Shown here in pieces: positions 26,493 to 38,798 of a stretch of 54,394 nt of DNA. The stretch is from positions 1 through 54,394 of the forward strand of contig DATLMR010000369.1 in NCBI GenBank assembly GCA_035537555.1, given 5' to 3'. This stretch comes from Blastocatellia bacterium. Lineage in GTDB: Bacteria; Acidobacteriota; Blastocatellia; UBA7656. Position numbers and translations under genes: made by a program. Numbering within the stretch: the stretch's first letter is position 1; the number at the start of each line of letters is the position of its first letter. Under the pieces are notes generated by a model, which ran no database searches, was not told the origin of the DNA, and saw only the letters and a program-made list of their open reading frames with translations.

Positions 26493-28631
26493 ATGCGAAA
26501 GATAATCTGCTTACTGGTCGCTGTGGGATTGGCGGGCGCGCTGCCCCCGGTCTTCGCCCGGACTTATAAGACGCCCGCCTACGAATCGAAGCCCGTCTTC
26601 TCGCTCCAACAGCCGCGACCGGCCAGGCGGGACCAGAAGAAGGGTACGAAGAAGGCGGGCACGGCTATCGAGCCCCTTGTGCCCGCGTCGCCACGAGAGA
26701 CACTCGACCAGGCCCTCAACTCTCCTTCACAAAAAGAGAAGATCGAAAAGCTCGAGGCCTTTCTCGCTACCCAGCCGGAGGCCGCGCTCGACAAGGAAGC
26801 GCGCGACCGTCTCATCCGCGAGTACGCACTCAGAGGCGAGCAGAACCTTAGAGAGGGCAGTCCGCAGCTTGCGCTTCAGGACTTCAAGGCCCTCTTCAAG
26901 GCCATGCCCGCCGAGATTACAGAGAGGACCTTTTCCCAGTTCATCTTCCCCTTGCCCATCGCGATGACTGCCTTCGGATACCGCGCCGAGTCGGCGGAGC
27001 TGATGCGCTATTTCGAGCCGCGATTCGAAAGCGACTTGAACAGGATGGTCCAGATCGGCTTCTTCTACGTTCAGATCGAAGCGCCCCTTGAGGCCGTCAG
27101 GGTCCTTGAGAAAGCCGTGCAGCTCGGGCCGCAGGACCACAGGGCGCACAACAGCCTGGGAACGGCTTACCTCATAAGCCTCCGGCTCGACGAGGCGCAG
27201 GCGGAGTTCGAGAAGGCCCTCGCATTGAATCCGCGCGACGAGTACGCGAACCTGAACCTCGCGAACGTGGCGAGAGCCAGCGGCGATCACGAGCGCGCGG
27301 CGAGTTTCTATCGAAAACAGATAGCGATCAAGGCCGATGACGCGGAGGCCCACGGAGGGCTGGCCATCTCTCTTATCGCGCTCGGCCGCGATGAAGAGGC
27401 GGATAGAGAGATCAAACAGGCCGTCACGCTCGCGCCCGAGGACTACAGGTTTCTCACGCAGCTCGCGTACTTCTACACGACGAGAAAGAAAGCGGCGCTC
27501 GCCCGCCCTATTATCGAGCGCGCTGCCAAGATAGACCCGCGCTATACCTGGGCGCACATAACGAAAGCGAACATAGACCTTGCCGAGATGAGGTACGGCG
27601 ACGCGCTCTCGACTATCTTGAACGCCCAAACACTCGGTAATTTCCCCACGCTCAGCTTCGAAGTGGTCAAGATGCTTATGTCGCTCGACGGGTACGACCA
27701 GGCCATCGAAGTCTTGAACCAGGCCTTCCGGATAACGGAGACCGGAGAGTACGAAGCCATGCTGGGCGGAGTCGTGAAGGCAAGGTCTCCCAGGCTGGAC
27801 CTTCTGCTCGAGCGCGAGCGGCAGGCCGCGTTGATGCTGTACGAGCAGCCTACTACCGCCTCGCAGTACCGCCTCGCGGAAGCTCTCGGCCGCATAGACC
27901 GCTTCTCGAAGATGATGGAGTCGGCCCGCAAGCCTTCCGAACCCGCACCGGGCCGCCGCCGCGCGCCACAAAACCAGAGAGCGCAGAGCACCCCCGAAGA
28001 AGAGTTGAAGACCGCTTCAAGGCCGCGCAGGGCGAGCGGCGCGGAGGTGGCCGCCCCCATCGAATTATCCGCGGGGAAGGACGCGAGCCTGCCAGGAGCC
28101 TCGGAGCTTATAAAGGCGGTTACGGCCTTTATCTCACTCGATGACGGCAGGCAGGCCTTCCGGATGGTATGGGTGGCGCGTAGATTGACCGACAGCGGTA
28201 TCGCCCTCGAAGCGGCGGAGCAGCTTGCGAGGAGGGCCATTGCTATGGCCGATGCCGCCACCGAGCCCGCGGGGGCCATGCGCGACACGCCGCTCCTCGA
28301 CCGCGAGGGCAGGCGAAACGTCTTTCTTGGCAGGGCCTTCGACGCGCTCGGCTGGAACCTCTTCAAGAAGGGTAGGGTCCGCGAGGCCATAGACAATCTG
28401 CAAAAGTCGGTGGAGTTCTATCCTCCCAGCCCCGAGCGCAATAACGCCGTCTGGCACCTCGCCGTGGCGGTCGAAGATTCCGGAGACCAGAAGCGGGCGC
28501 TCGATCTCTACATCGCGAGCTATGAGCGGGACGCCCCGACATCTAGCGCCCGCAAGAGCCGGATCGAATCTCTCTACAAGAAGGTGAACGGGTCGCTTGC
28601 CGGACTCGACCAGAAGCTAAAGGATAAGTGA
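26493..28631 (+). CDS. Secreted TPR-repeat protein
   Basis: ATG at 26493 gives signal peptide MRKIICLLVAVGLAGALPPVFA. Multiple TPR units follow (AHNSLGTAYL..AQAEFEKALALNPRD, YANLNLANV.. and others). Confidence 0.75.
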   Translation: MRKIICLLVAVGLAGALPPVFARTYKTPAYESKPVFSLQQPRPARRDQKKGTKKAGTAIEPLVPASPRETLDQALNSPSQKEKIEKLEAFLATQPEAALDKEARDRLIREYALRGEQNLREGSPQLALQDFKALFKAMPAEITERTFSQFIFPLPIAMTAFGYRAESAELMRYFEPRFESDLNRMVQIGFFYVQIEAPLEAVRVLEKAVQLGPQDHRAHNSLGTAYLISLRLDEAQAEFEKALALNPRDEYANLNLANVARASGDHERAASFYRKQIAIKADDAEAHGGLAISLIALGRDEEADREIKQAVTLAPEDYRFLTQLAYFYTTRKKAALARPIIERAAKIDPRYTWAHITKANIDLAEMRYGDALSTILNAQTLGNFPTLSFEVVKMLMSLDGYDQAIEVLNQAFRITETGEYEAMLGGVVKARSPRLDLLLERERQAALMLYEQPTTASQYRLAEALGRIDRFSKMMESARKPSEPAPGRRRAPQNQRAQSTPEEELKTASRPRRASGAEVAAPIELSAGKDASLPGASELIKAVTAFISLDDGRQAFRMVWVARRLTDSGIALEAAEQLARRAIAMADAATEPAGAMRDTPLLDREGRRNVFLGRAFDALGWNLFKKGRVREAIDNLQKSVEFYPPSPERNNAVWHLAVAVEDSGDQKRALDLYIASYERDAPTSSARKSRIESLYKKVNGSLAGLDQKLKDK

Positions 28632-30169
28632 TGTCGAACCGGCAGACCGACCTGGCCTGGAAGTACCACGACCGGACCAAACACTCTTATTGGAGCGTCA
28701 GGAGTTCTCCTCATTATTTGGATTGGGACAACAGGCCTTCGCCGTTCAAGGTGTACCCCGACGCGCCTTCCGTCGCGCTGCCGAGAGACCTGGCTCCTTC
28801 AGGTTACCCGTTGCTTGAGGCGATTGCCTTTGACGGTCGTGGAGGGGCGGGCGAATGCACGCCGGACCTGGAACAACTGGCGAGCCTCCTCTTCTACTCA
28901 GCCGGAGTCATCAGGACGAAGACCTATCCGGCGGGCGTCATCTATTTCCGCGCGGCCGCGTGCGCGGGCGCTCTATACCCGGTGGAGATATATGTCGTAT
29001 GCAAGGATCTCGAAGGACTCGCAGCCGGGGTATATCACTTCAGCCCGGGCGATTTCTCTCTGAGATGCTTGAGAAAGGGAGACCATCGCTCGATTCTGGT
29101 CGGTGCCTGCGGGGATGAGCCGCGCGTCGCCCGCGCTCCGGTCACTCTGGTATTTTCAGCCATTACCTGGCGCAGCTCGTGGAAGTATCGGGACCGGGCC
29201 TATCGCTACCACTACTGGGATAACGGAACGATCGTGGCAAACGCCTTCGCCGTAGCGCGGGGGCTCGACGTGCCTGCCTCTCTCGTGATGGGCTTCGTCG
29301 AGCGAGATGTAAGCCGCCTCGTCGGAATCGACGGAGAAAGGGAGCTCGCCACCGGGCTCTTTGCATTCGGGGTCGATTCGCAAGGCCCGCCGCCGGCTCC
29401 CGAGCCGGCCGAATTGAATTTGAACACGATCCCGCTATCCGCCCGTGAGGTCGATTACCCTCCGATTCGCGAGATGCATGCCGCTTCCTCGCTTGCCGCT
29501 AAAGAAGAGGTTGCGTCGTGGCGCGAGGGCAGGTACGAAAAGACTCAGCCGCCTGCCGCCGGTCCTCCGGTCCCTCTCTCAACACCGGGTAACGACGCGC
29601 TGCCGGGCGATTCACTGGAAGAGGTGATCGCAAGAAGGGCCTCGACCAGGAGGTTTGCCCGCAAGGCGATCTCTTTTCAAGACCTGTCGATAATACTCGA
29701 CCGCTCGACACGAGGCTTCGCGTCGGACTTCGGCAAAAGTCCCGGCGATCGATTGAACGATCTTTACGTGATCGTGAATCGCGTCGACGGCCTCGAGCCC
29801 GGCGCGTACTTCTTCAGGCAGGCGGAAGGGGCTCTGGAGTTACTGAAGGCCGGGAACTTTTCGGACAAGGCGGCATACCTGACCCTGGATCAGGCTCTGG
29901 GAGGCGATTCCGCGTTCACCCTCTTTTTCATGGCGGACCTGAAAGGGATACTCGCGTCGTACGGGAACAGGGGATACAGGGCAGCCCAGATGGAAGCGGC
30001 CGTGATCGGCGGGAAAGGCTATCTCGCGTCCTACGCCCTGAAAAGGGGGGCAACCGGCCTGACATTCTATGATGACGACGTGACGGAATTCTTCTCGCCC
30101 CACGCGGCCGGTAAGAGCTGCATCTTTGTGGTGGCAGTCGGCGTCCCAGGAAAGAGGCCGATCTATTGA
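28631..30169 (+). CDS. SagB/ThcOx-family tandem nitroreductase-fold dehydrogenase
   Basis: The ATG overlaps the upstream TGA by 1 nt. N-terminal WKYHDRTKHS motif, and the second half begins with the RRASTRRF FMN-binding motif. There are two nitroreductase-like halves. Confidence 0.8.
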   Translation: MSNRQTDLAWKYHDRTKHSYWSVRSSPHYLDWDNRPSPFKVYPDAPSVALPRDLAPSGYPLLEAIAFDGRGGAGECTPDLEQLASLLFYSAGVIRTKTYPAGVIYFRAAACAGALYPVEIYVVCKDLEGLAAGVYHFSPGDFSLRCLRKGDHRSILVGACGDEPRVARAPVTLVFSAITWRSSWKYRDRAYRYHYWDNGTIVANAFAVARGLDVPASLVMGFVERDVSRLVGIDGERELATGLFAFGVDSQGPPPAPEPAELNLNTIPLSAREVDYPPIREMHAASSLAAKEEVASWREGRYEKTQPPAAGPPVPLSTPGNDALPGDSLEEVIARRASTRRFARKAISFQDLSIILDRSTRGFASDFGKSPGDRLNDLYVIVNRVDGLEPGAYFFRQAEGALELLKAGNFSDKAAYLTLDQALGGDSAFTLFFMADLKGILASYGNRGYRAAQMEAAVIGGKGYLASYALKRGATGLTFYDDDVTEFFSPHAAGKSCIFVVAVGVPGKRPIY

Positions 30170-30228
30170 TGCGAGACCCGTTCCCCGCGCTCCCTTGCCT
30201 CATAAACCCGAGATGACGAAGAGCGATT

Positions 30229-31188
30229 ATGGATGGAGCATTCATCATCGATAAGCCCGAAGGCATTACGTCGCATGATGTCGTGCACAAGGTTCGGAGG
30301 GCGGCCCGGATGAAGCGGGTCGGCCACTCCGGCACGCTCGACCCGTTCGCCACAGGAGTGTTGCTCGTCTGTGTGGGCCGCGCGACCCGCCTGTCGAGAT
30401 TTCTTGTCGGCCTCGATAAAACGTACGAGGCCAGGGTGAGACTCGGCTACGCCACTGATACTCAAGATCTCACGGGCGAACGGATAACGCCCCTCGCGAC
30501 ATCGAATGGATTGGGCTGGGAAGAGGTCCGGAGGGCGCTTGCCGAGTTTTCGGGGCCGCAGATGCAAACGCCTCCTATGTTCTCGGCCAAGAAGGTAGCG
30601 GGCGAGCGCCTCTACAAGGCTGCGCGCGAGGGCCGAGAGGTCGAACGAGAGCCGGCGGCCATTACGGTCTATTCGATAGAGGCTCTCGAGCCGGAGGGGT
30701 TGCTCCCGGACTACAATGAAGACGGAACCCGTGATTTTAAGATACGGGTCCGGTGCTCTTCCGGCACATATATCAGGACCCTGGCGCACGACATCGGCGC
30801 GCGCCTCGGAGTCGGGGCTCATCTTGCCGCGCTCAGGCGAACGGCGGTCGGCCGGTTCGATCTATCGAGCGCGGTCACGCTGGACGACCTGGAGGCCGCC
30901 GGGAAGCAGGGAACGATCGAGCGGCTTTTGATCGGTATGGCCGAAGTCCCGGCGCACCTTCCGCGACTGGTCTTGAGTTCGCGGGAGATGGATGATGCGC
31001 TGCACGGAAGGGCCATCCATCTGTCCGCCGGGGCCTTCGAGCAGGCAAGAGCCGGGTTTGCCGGGGTAATCAATGACGTAAGGCTCTGCGACAAGAGCGG
31101 ACGGCTCCTGGGTATGGGCGAATACGACGAGGCCGTAGGGACCGTCAAGCCCCGAGTCGTACTGTCTGGTGAGAAACAGGGGATGTAA
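30229..31188 (+). CDS. truB: tRNA pseudouridine(55) synthase
   Basis: IIDKPEGITSHDVV and GHSGTLDPFATGVL (catalytic Asp) are present, with a PUA-like C-terminus. Confidence 0.9.
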   Translation: MDGAFIIDKPEGITSHDVVHKVRRAARMKRVGHSGTLDPFATGVLLVCVGRATRLSRFLVGLDKTYEARVRLGYATDTQDLTGERITPLATSNGLGWEEVRRALAEFSGPQMQTPPMFSAKKVAGERLYKAAREGREVEREPAAITVYSIEALEPEGLLPDYNEDGTRDFKIRVRCSSGTYIRTLAHDIGARLGVGAHLAALRRTAVGRFDLSSAVTLDDLEAAGKQGTIERLLIGMAEVPAHLPRLVLSSREMDDALHGRAIHLSAGAFEQARAGFAGVINDVRLCDKSGRLLGMGEYDEAVGTVKPRVVLSGEKQGM

Positions 31189-31221
31189 GTCTCTTGTCCG
31201 AGCGGTTTTTCAGAGAGGATT

Positions 31222-31247
31222 TTGACGCTTGCACCCTGTGCTATAAT
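31222..31247 (+). promoter_or_regulatory. Candidate extended -10 promoter (TGcTATAAT) with TTGACG 14 nt upstream
   Basis: TTGACG at 31222..31227 and TGCTATAAT at 31239..31247. The spacer is too short for a canonical -35/-10 pair, so only the extended -10 is credible. It lies 325 nt upstream of prkA. Confidence 0.25.
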
Positions 31248-31572
31248 GCTCCAAGACAAAAGGCGACTGTTTGAAAATCGAATTTGAGCTAGTTTGACAA
31301 GATGCTTCGCTTTCAAATTCTCGAGCTTTAGCGTGCATCCAGTCGAGCCAAGAGCAGCCGGGCCCGAACCTCCGACTGTCCGCCCGCAAGGGCGTAGACT
31401 GAGTGTCTTCCTAACTCTCGCAGTGATAGAGCGGCAACGACTTGAAGCGAACAGCTCCCCGCAGGAAGGGGTTATTCAACACCCGCAGGACGCTTCGCTG
31501 AGACGTGGAACGCCGGGAAACAGGAGTTCTCATCCGTCGTTCAAACTGTTCTGTGGGAATCGGAGGTAACAG

Positions 31573-33498
<1,926 letters not shown>

Positions 33499-33582
33499 GA
33501 GCGGGATGGCTCCAACAGGCCGGTTCAGGTAAAGCCTGCGCTTCCCCGGAGGGGAGTGCGGGCATAATTTTAGGATGAAGCT

Positions 33583-34746
33583 ATGTCTGTTGAACGCAAC
33601 GATTGGTCTTTGCAGCGCAAGGGCCAGATAGATCAGGAGCGGCATAAAGAGCGGGTCCGCGAAGCGATCAAGAAGAACCTCGGCTCGATCGTGTCGAACG
33701 AATCGATCATCCTCTCCGACGGGAAGCGCGTGGTCAAGGTGCCCATCCGGTCGCTCGACGAGTACAAATTCCGCTACGATTATCGAAAGAAGAAGCACGT
33801 GGGCACGGGCGACGGCGAGACGAAGGTCGGGGACGTGATAGGCCGCGAAGGCCAGCCGGGCGACGCGGCCGGTAAGGGGCCGGGCGCGGGCGATAAGCCG
33901 GGGCAGGAGTATTTCGAAGCCGACGTCGATATAGACGAGATCGCCAAGCTCATCTTCGAAGACCTTCACCTGCCCTACCTCGAAGAGAAGGCCAAGCAGG
34001 CCGTACAATCGAAGACGACCAGGTTCACTGAGATTCGAAGGTCGGGAATTCTGGCCAACCTCGATAAGCGGCGCAGCCTCGTCGAAAATATAAAGCGCCA
34101 GGCCAGGGAGACGGGCAATGCCCGCCTCGGCCCCTTCAAGAAAGAAGACCTGCGGTACAAGACCTGGGAAGAGCAGATGACTTACGAATCGAACGCCGTG
34201 GTCATCGCCATGATGGACGTATCCGGCAGCATGGGCGAGTTCAAGAAGTACATCGCGAGGTCGTTTTATTTCTGGATGGTCCGCTTCCTGAAGACGAAAT
34301 ACGATCAGGTTAAGATCGTCTTCATCAGCCATCACACGGAGGCCCGGGAGGTCACGGAAGAACAGTTCTTCACCCAGGGCGAGTCGGGCGGCACGGTCGT
34401 ATCTTCCGCCTACAGGCTCGCCCTCGAAACCATCGCCGAGCGGTTTCCCCCCGGAGACTGGAATGTATACCCGTTCCATTTCTCCGACGGCGACAATTAC
34501 TACTCCGACAACGACGAAGCGGTCAAGCTGGCCGACGATCTGATCTCGACCTGCAATCTGTTCGGTTACGGAGAGATCGGCGAAGAAGGCGCGTCGAGCT
34601 ACCGCCGCTCTTCCGGCGCGCTGCTATCCATCTTCAAGGACAGGCTCAAGAACCAGGAGCGCTTCGTCGGGGTCCGGATCGACGATAAGGAAGATGTCTA
34701 TCCCGCCCTGAAGGAGTTTTTCGGCAAGCGCGGAGAGAAGGCTTAG
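33583..34746 (+). CDS. YeaH/YhbH family protein (DUF444, vWA-like)
   Basis: 387 aa. [20 protein letters not shown]-terminus and MMDVSGSM (MIDAS-like). It sits immediately after prkA, as in yeaG-yeaH. Confidence 0.85.
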   Translation: MSVERNDWSLQRKGQIDQERHKERVREAIKKNLGSIVSNESIILSDGKRVVKVPIRSLDEYKFRYDYRKKKHVGTGDGETKVGDVIGREGQPGDAAGKGPGAGDKPGQEYFEADVDIDEIAKLIFEDLHLPYLEEKAKQAVQSKTTRFTEIRRSGILANLDKRRSLVENIKRQARETGNARLGPFKKEDLRYKTWEEQMTYESNAVVIAMMDVSGSMGEFKKYIARSFYFWMVRFLKTKYDQVKIVFISHHTEAREVTEEQFFTQGESGGTVVSSAYRLALETIAERFPPGDWNVYPFHFSDGDNYYSDNDEAVKLADDLISTCNLFGYGEIGEEGASSYRRSSGALLSIFKDRLKNQERFVGVRIDDKEDVYPALKEFFGKRGEKA

Positions 34747-34766
34747 ATCCGTTAAACGGAGAAAAC

Positions 34767-36197
<1,431 letters not shown>

Positions 36198-36444
36198 GCC
36201 GGACTCAATCGGGGACCGCTCGAATCGGAGAGCGACGCCGCCCTTTTTGCGCGGCCGGGCCGAACGATGCGGATCTTGCGACAGAAAGCTCGGGCCGTTA
36301 CAAATCTTTTACAAAAAAAATCGGCAAAAACTATTTGACTCCACATTCAATAGATTGGCGGGGGTACTCAAGCCAGAGCACGGGCTGGAGCGTTAGCGAT
36401 TTACTCTTGGGTAGCCTCCGCCGTATAAATCCGGGACCAAGAGA

Positions 36445-38610
36445 ATGAAGTCAAGATTCTTAGGGATTCTCCTGCTCTTTTGCTTTTTTTCAGTCGCGGG
36501 CCACGCACAGGGAATTATAGTTCCGTCCGAGTGTCACAGGTGCCCTCCCATCCATCCGGTACCGCCTCCACGCCAGCTTCCTCGGGTACTCAACGTAAAG
36601 TCGATCAAGATAACCACCCGGGTCGAGGCGCAGGTGGCGACCACGAAGGTCGAGCAGGTTTTCGAGAACACGACCCCTTACAGACTTGAGGGCTCTTACT
36701 TTTTCCCGATCCCCGAGAGCGCGTCGGTCTCCGACTTCGCCATCTACGACGGGGAGAAGCGCATGGTCGGGGAAGTGATCGAGCGCGATAAGGCGAGGCA
36801 GATTTACAATGAGATCGTCAGGAAGATGATCGACCCCGGCTTGCTCGAATACGTAGGAAAGGACCTGTTTCAGGCGAACGTGTTCCCCATAGAGCCCCGC
36901 AGCACCCGCAAGATCGATCTTACCTATACTCAGATACTGAAGAATGAGGGCGGCACGATCTTCTATCGCTACGAGCTCGGCTCGGGCAGGAGAATCCTGA
37001 GCCAGCCGGCAGGCGAGATTTCCGCAAGCGTCGAAATCTCTTCGCCCGTCGATCTCAAGAATATCTACTCTCCCTCGCACCGTATTTCTCTGAAGAGGGA
37101 CGGAGAGCGGCGGGCCAGGCTCGGCTTCGAAGGCAAGGGGCAGGAAGCGCAAAAAGATTTCCTGCTCTATTATTCGCTCTCGGAGAAGGAGTTCGGCCTC
37201 TCGCTCCTTACCTATAAAGAGCCCGGCAAGGACGGCTATTTTCTTATGCTCCTGTCGCCCAAAGTGGAGATCGGCGATCAGGACCGGCTGGCTAAGGATG
37301 TGGTCTTCGTCTTCGATACCTCCGGGTCGATGAGCGGGGAAAAGCTGGAGAAGGCTAAGGCCGCGCTCCGGTTCGGGGTCGAATCGCTGTCTCCGCGCGA
37401 CAGGTTCAACATAATCGCGTTTTCAGGCGAAGAGCACCTGATGAAGGACGCTCTGACGGAAGTGAGCCGCGAGTCCAGGCAAGAAAGCTCGGCCTTTATC
37501 GAGCGATTGAGAGCCGAGGGAGGCACGAACATCAACGACGCGCTCGTGGCCGCGCTCAAGCAGTTTCAGAAGCCGGAGCGCTCGGGGATGATTGTCTTTC
37601 TGACCGACGGACTTCCGACCGTCGGCACGGCCGATGCCGGACAGATCATCAGGAATGTCGCGGAGGCCAATCGCGCCGGGGCGCGCCTCTTCTCTTTCGG
37701 GGTCGGCTATGACGTGAATACGAGCCTTCTCGATAAGCTCTCCGCCGACAATCGAGGCGCGAGCGATTACATCGAGCCCCAGGAAGACCTCGAGGTCAAG
37801 GTCTCCAACTTTTTCACGCGGGTCAACTATCCGGTGCTCTCGGAGCTGAAGCTGGAATTCGGAGAGGTCGATGCCGAGCTGATATACCCGAAAACGATGC
37901 CCGACCTGTTCAAGGGCTCTCAGCTCAGTCTGGTCGGCAGGTACAGGAAACCTCTCAACGCCGTTAGCCTGAAACTATCCGGTAAATTCGGCGCGCGGTC
38001 GGAGACGCTCACGTTCCCCGGACAGTCCTTCTCATCCGGAGGGGAGGGCAATGAGTTCCTGCCCCGGCTCTGGGCGACGCGGCGAGTGGGATACCTGATG
38101 GAGCAGATCCGTTTGAATAGAGAGAGTCGCGAACTGGTCGATGAGATCGTCTCGCTCGGGACTAAATTCGGGATAGTTACCCCTTACACCTCGTTCCTCG
38201 TGACGGAAGAGATGAAGGAGATGGCGCGGCAGGGAGGAGGGGCGAATCAAGCGGCTACCCGATTCCTCAACACCATGACGTCGGCAGACGGGGCGGCCGC
38301 CCCGAGCGGCGAGGCCGCCGTCCGCCGAAGCCGCGCCGAAGCCGCGATGAAAGACGCGGAAGCGGGCTCTGATATCGATGGGTACCTGACAACCGTCCGA
38401 ACGATCGAGGAGAAGACCTTCCTCTTAAAAGACGGCGCGTGGCTGGATTCGGGCATAACCGACGACCTGCGATTGCCGAAGGTTCAGGTCAAGTTCGGCA
38501 GCGAGGAGTTCTTCAAGCTGATCTCGAAAGAGCCGGAATTGTCGAAGTTCTTCGCGCTCGGGCTTAAGGTCTCGGTAGTCTTCAAGGGCAAGGTCTACGA
38601 AGTCGATTAG
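36445..38610 (+). CDS. Secreted VIT domain plus von Willebrand factor A domain protein
   Basis: Signal peptide, then an N-terminal VIT-like region (VEQVFENTTPYRLEGSYFFPIP) and a vWA MIDAS motif (VFVFDTSGSMSG..GGTNINDAL..LTDGLPT). Confidence 0.8.
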   Translation: MKSRFLGILLLFCFFSVAGHAQGIIVPSECHRCPPIHPVPPPRQLPRVLNVKSIKITTRVEAQVATTKVEQVFENTTPYRLEGSYFFPIPESASVSDFAIYDGEKRMVGEVIERDKARQIYNEIVRKMIDPGLLEYVGKDLFQANVFPIEPRSTRKIDLTYTQILKNEGGTIFYRYELGSGRRILSQPAGEISASVEISSPVDLKNIYSPSHRISLKRDGERRARLGFEGKGQEAQKDFLLYYSLSEKEFGLSLLTYKEPGKDGYFLMLLSPKVEIGDQDRLAKDVVFVFDTSGSMSGEKLEKAKAALRFGVESLSPRDRFNIIAFSGEEHLMKDALTEVSRESRQESSAFIERLRAEGGTNINDALVAALKQFQKPERSGMIVFLTDGLPTVGTADAGQIIRNVAEANRAGARLFSFGVGYDVNTSLLDKLSADNRGASDYIEPQEDLEVKVSNFFTRVNYPVLSELKLEFGEVDAELIYPKTMPDLFKGSQLSLVGRYRKPLNAVSLKLSGKFGARSETLTFPGQSFSSGGEGNEFLPRLWATRRVGYLMEQIRLNRESRELVDEIVSLGTKFGIVTPYTSFLVTEEMKEMARQGGGANQAATRFLNTMTSADGAAAPSGEAAVRRSRAEAAMKDAEAGSDIDGYLTTVRTIEEKTFLLKDGAWLDSGITDDLRLPKVQVKFGSEEFFKLISKEPELSKFFALGLKVSVVFKGKVYEVD

Positions 38611-38798
38611 AGTTTCTCGAAATAGCGGGCGGGGGCGGCCGCGCCGCCGAAGCGGGCTCCCTTGCGAGTCTCCCCTCGCGGTTCAACACTCCCCCGATAG
38701 ATAACAGATCATATTACAAATCGGCTCCTCGCCTTGACCTGCGAGGCGCGTTTCTTTATCGTGCTCTGGAATTATCCGCCTTCAAGGGAGCCGAATTA

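Noticed and set aside
31433-31445. GGCAACGACTTGA resembles a sigma54 -24/-12 element upstream of prkA.
   Set aside because: The -12 element reads TTGA instead of TTGC, so the conserved GC dinucleotide is lost. No enhancer-binding-protein gene is nearby. The match is too weak to call.
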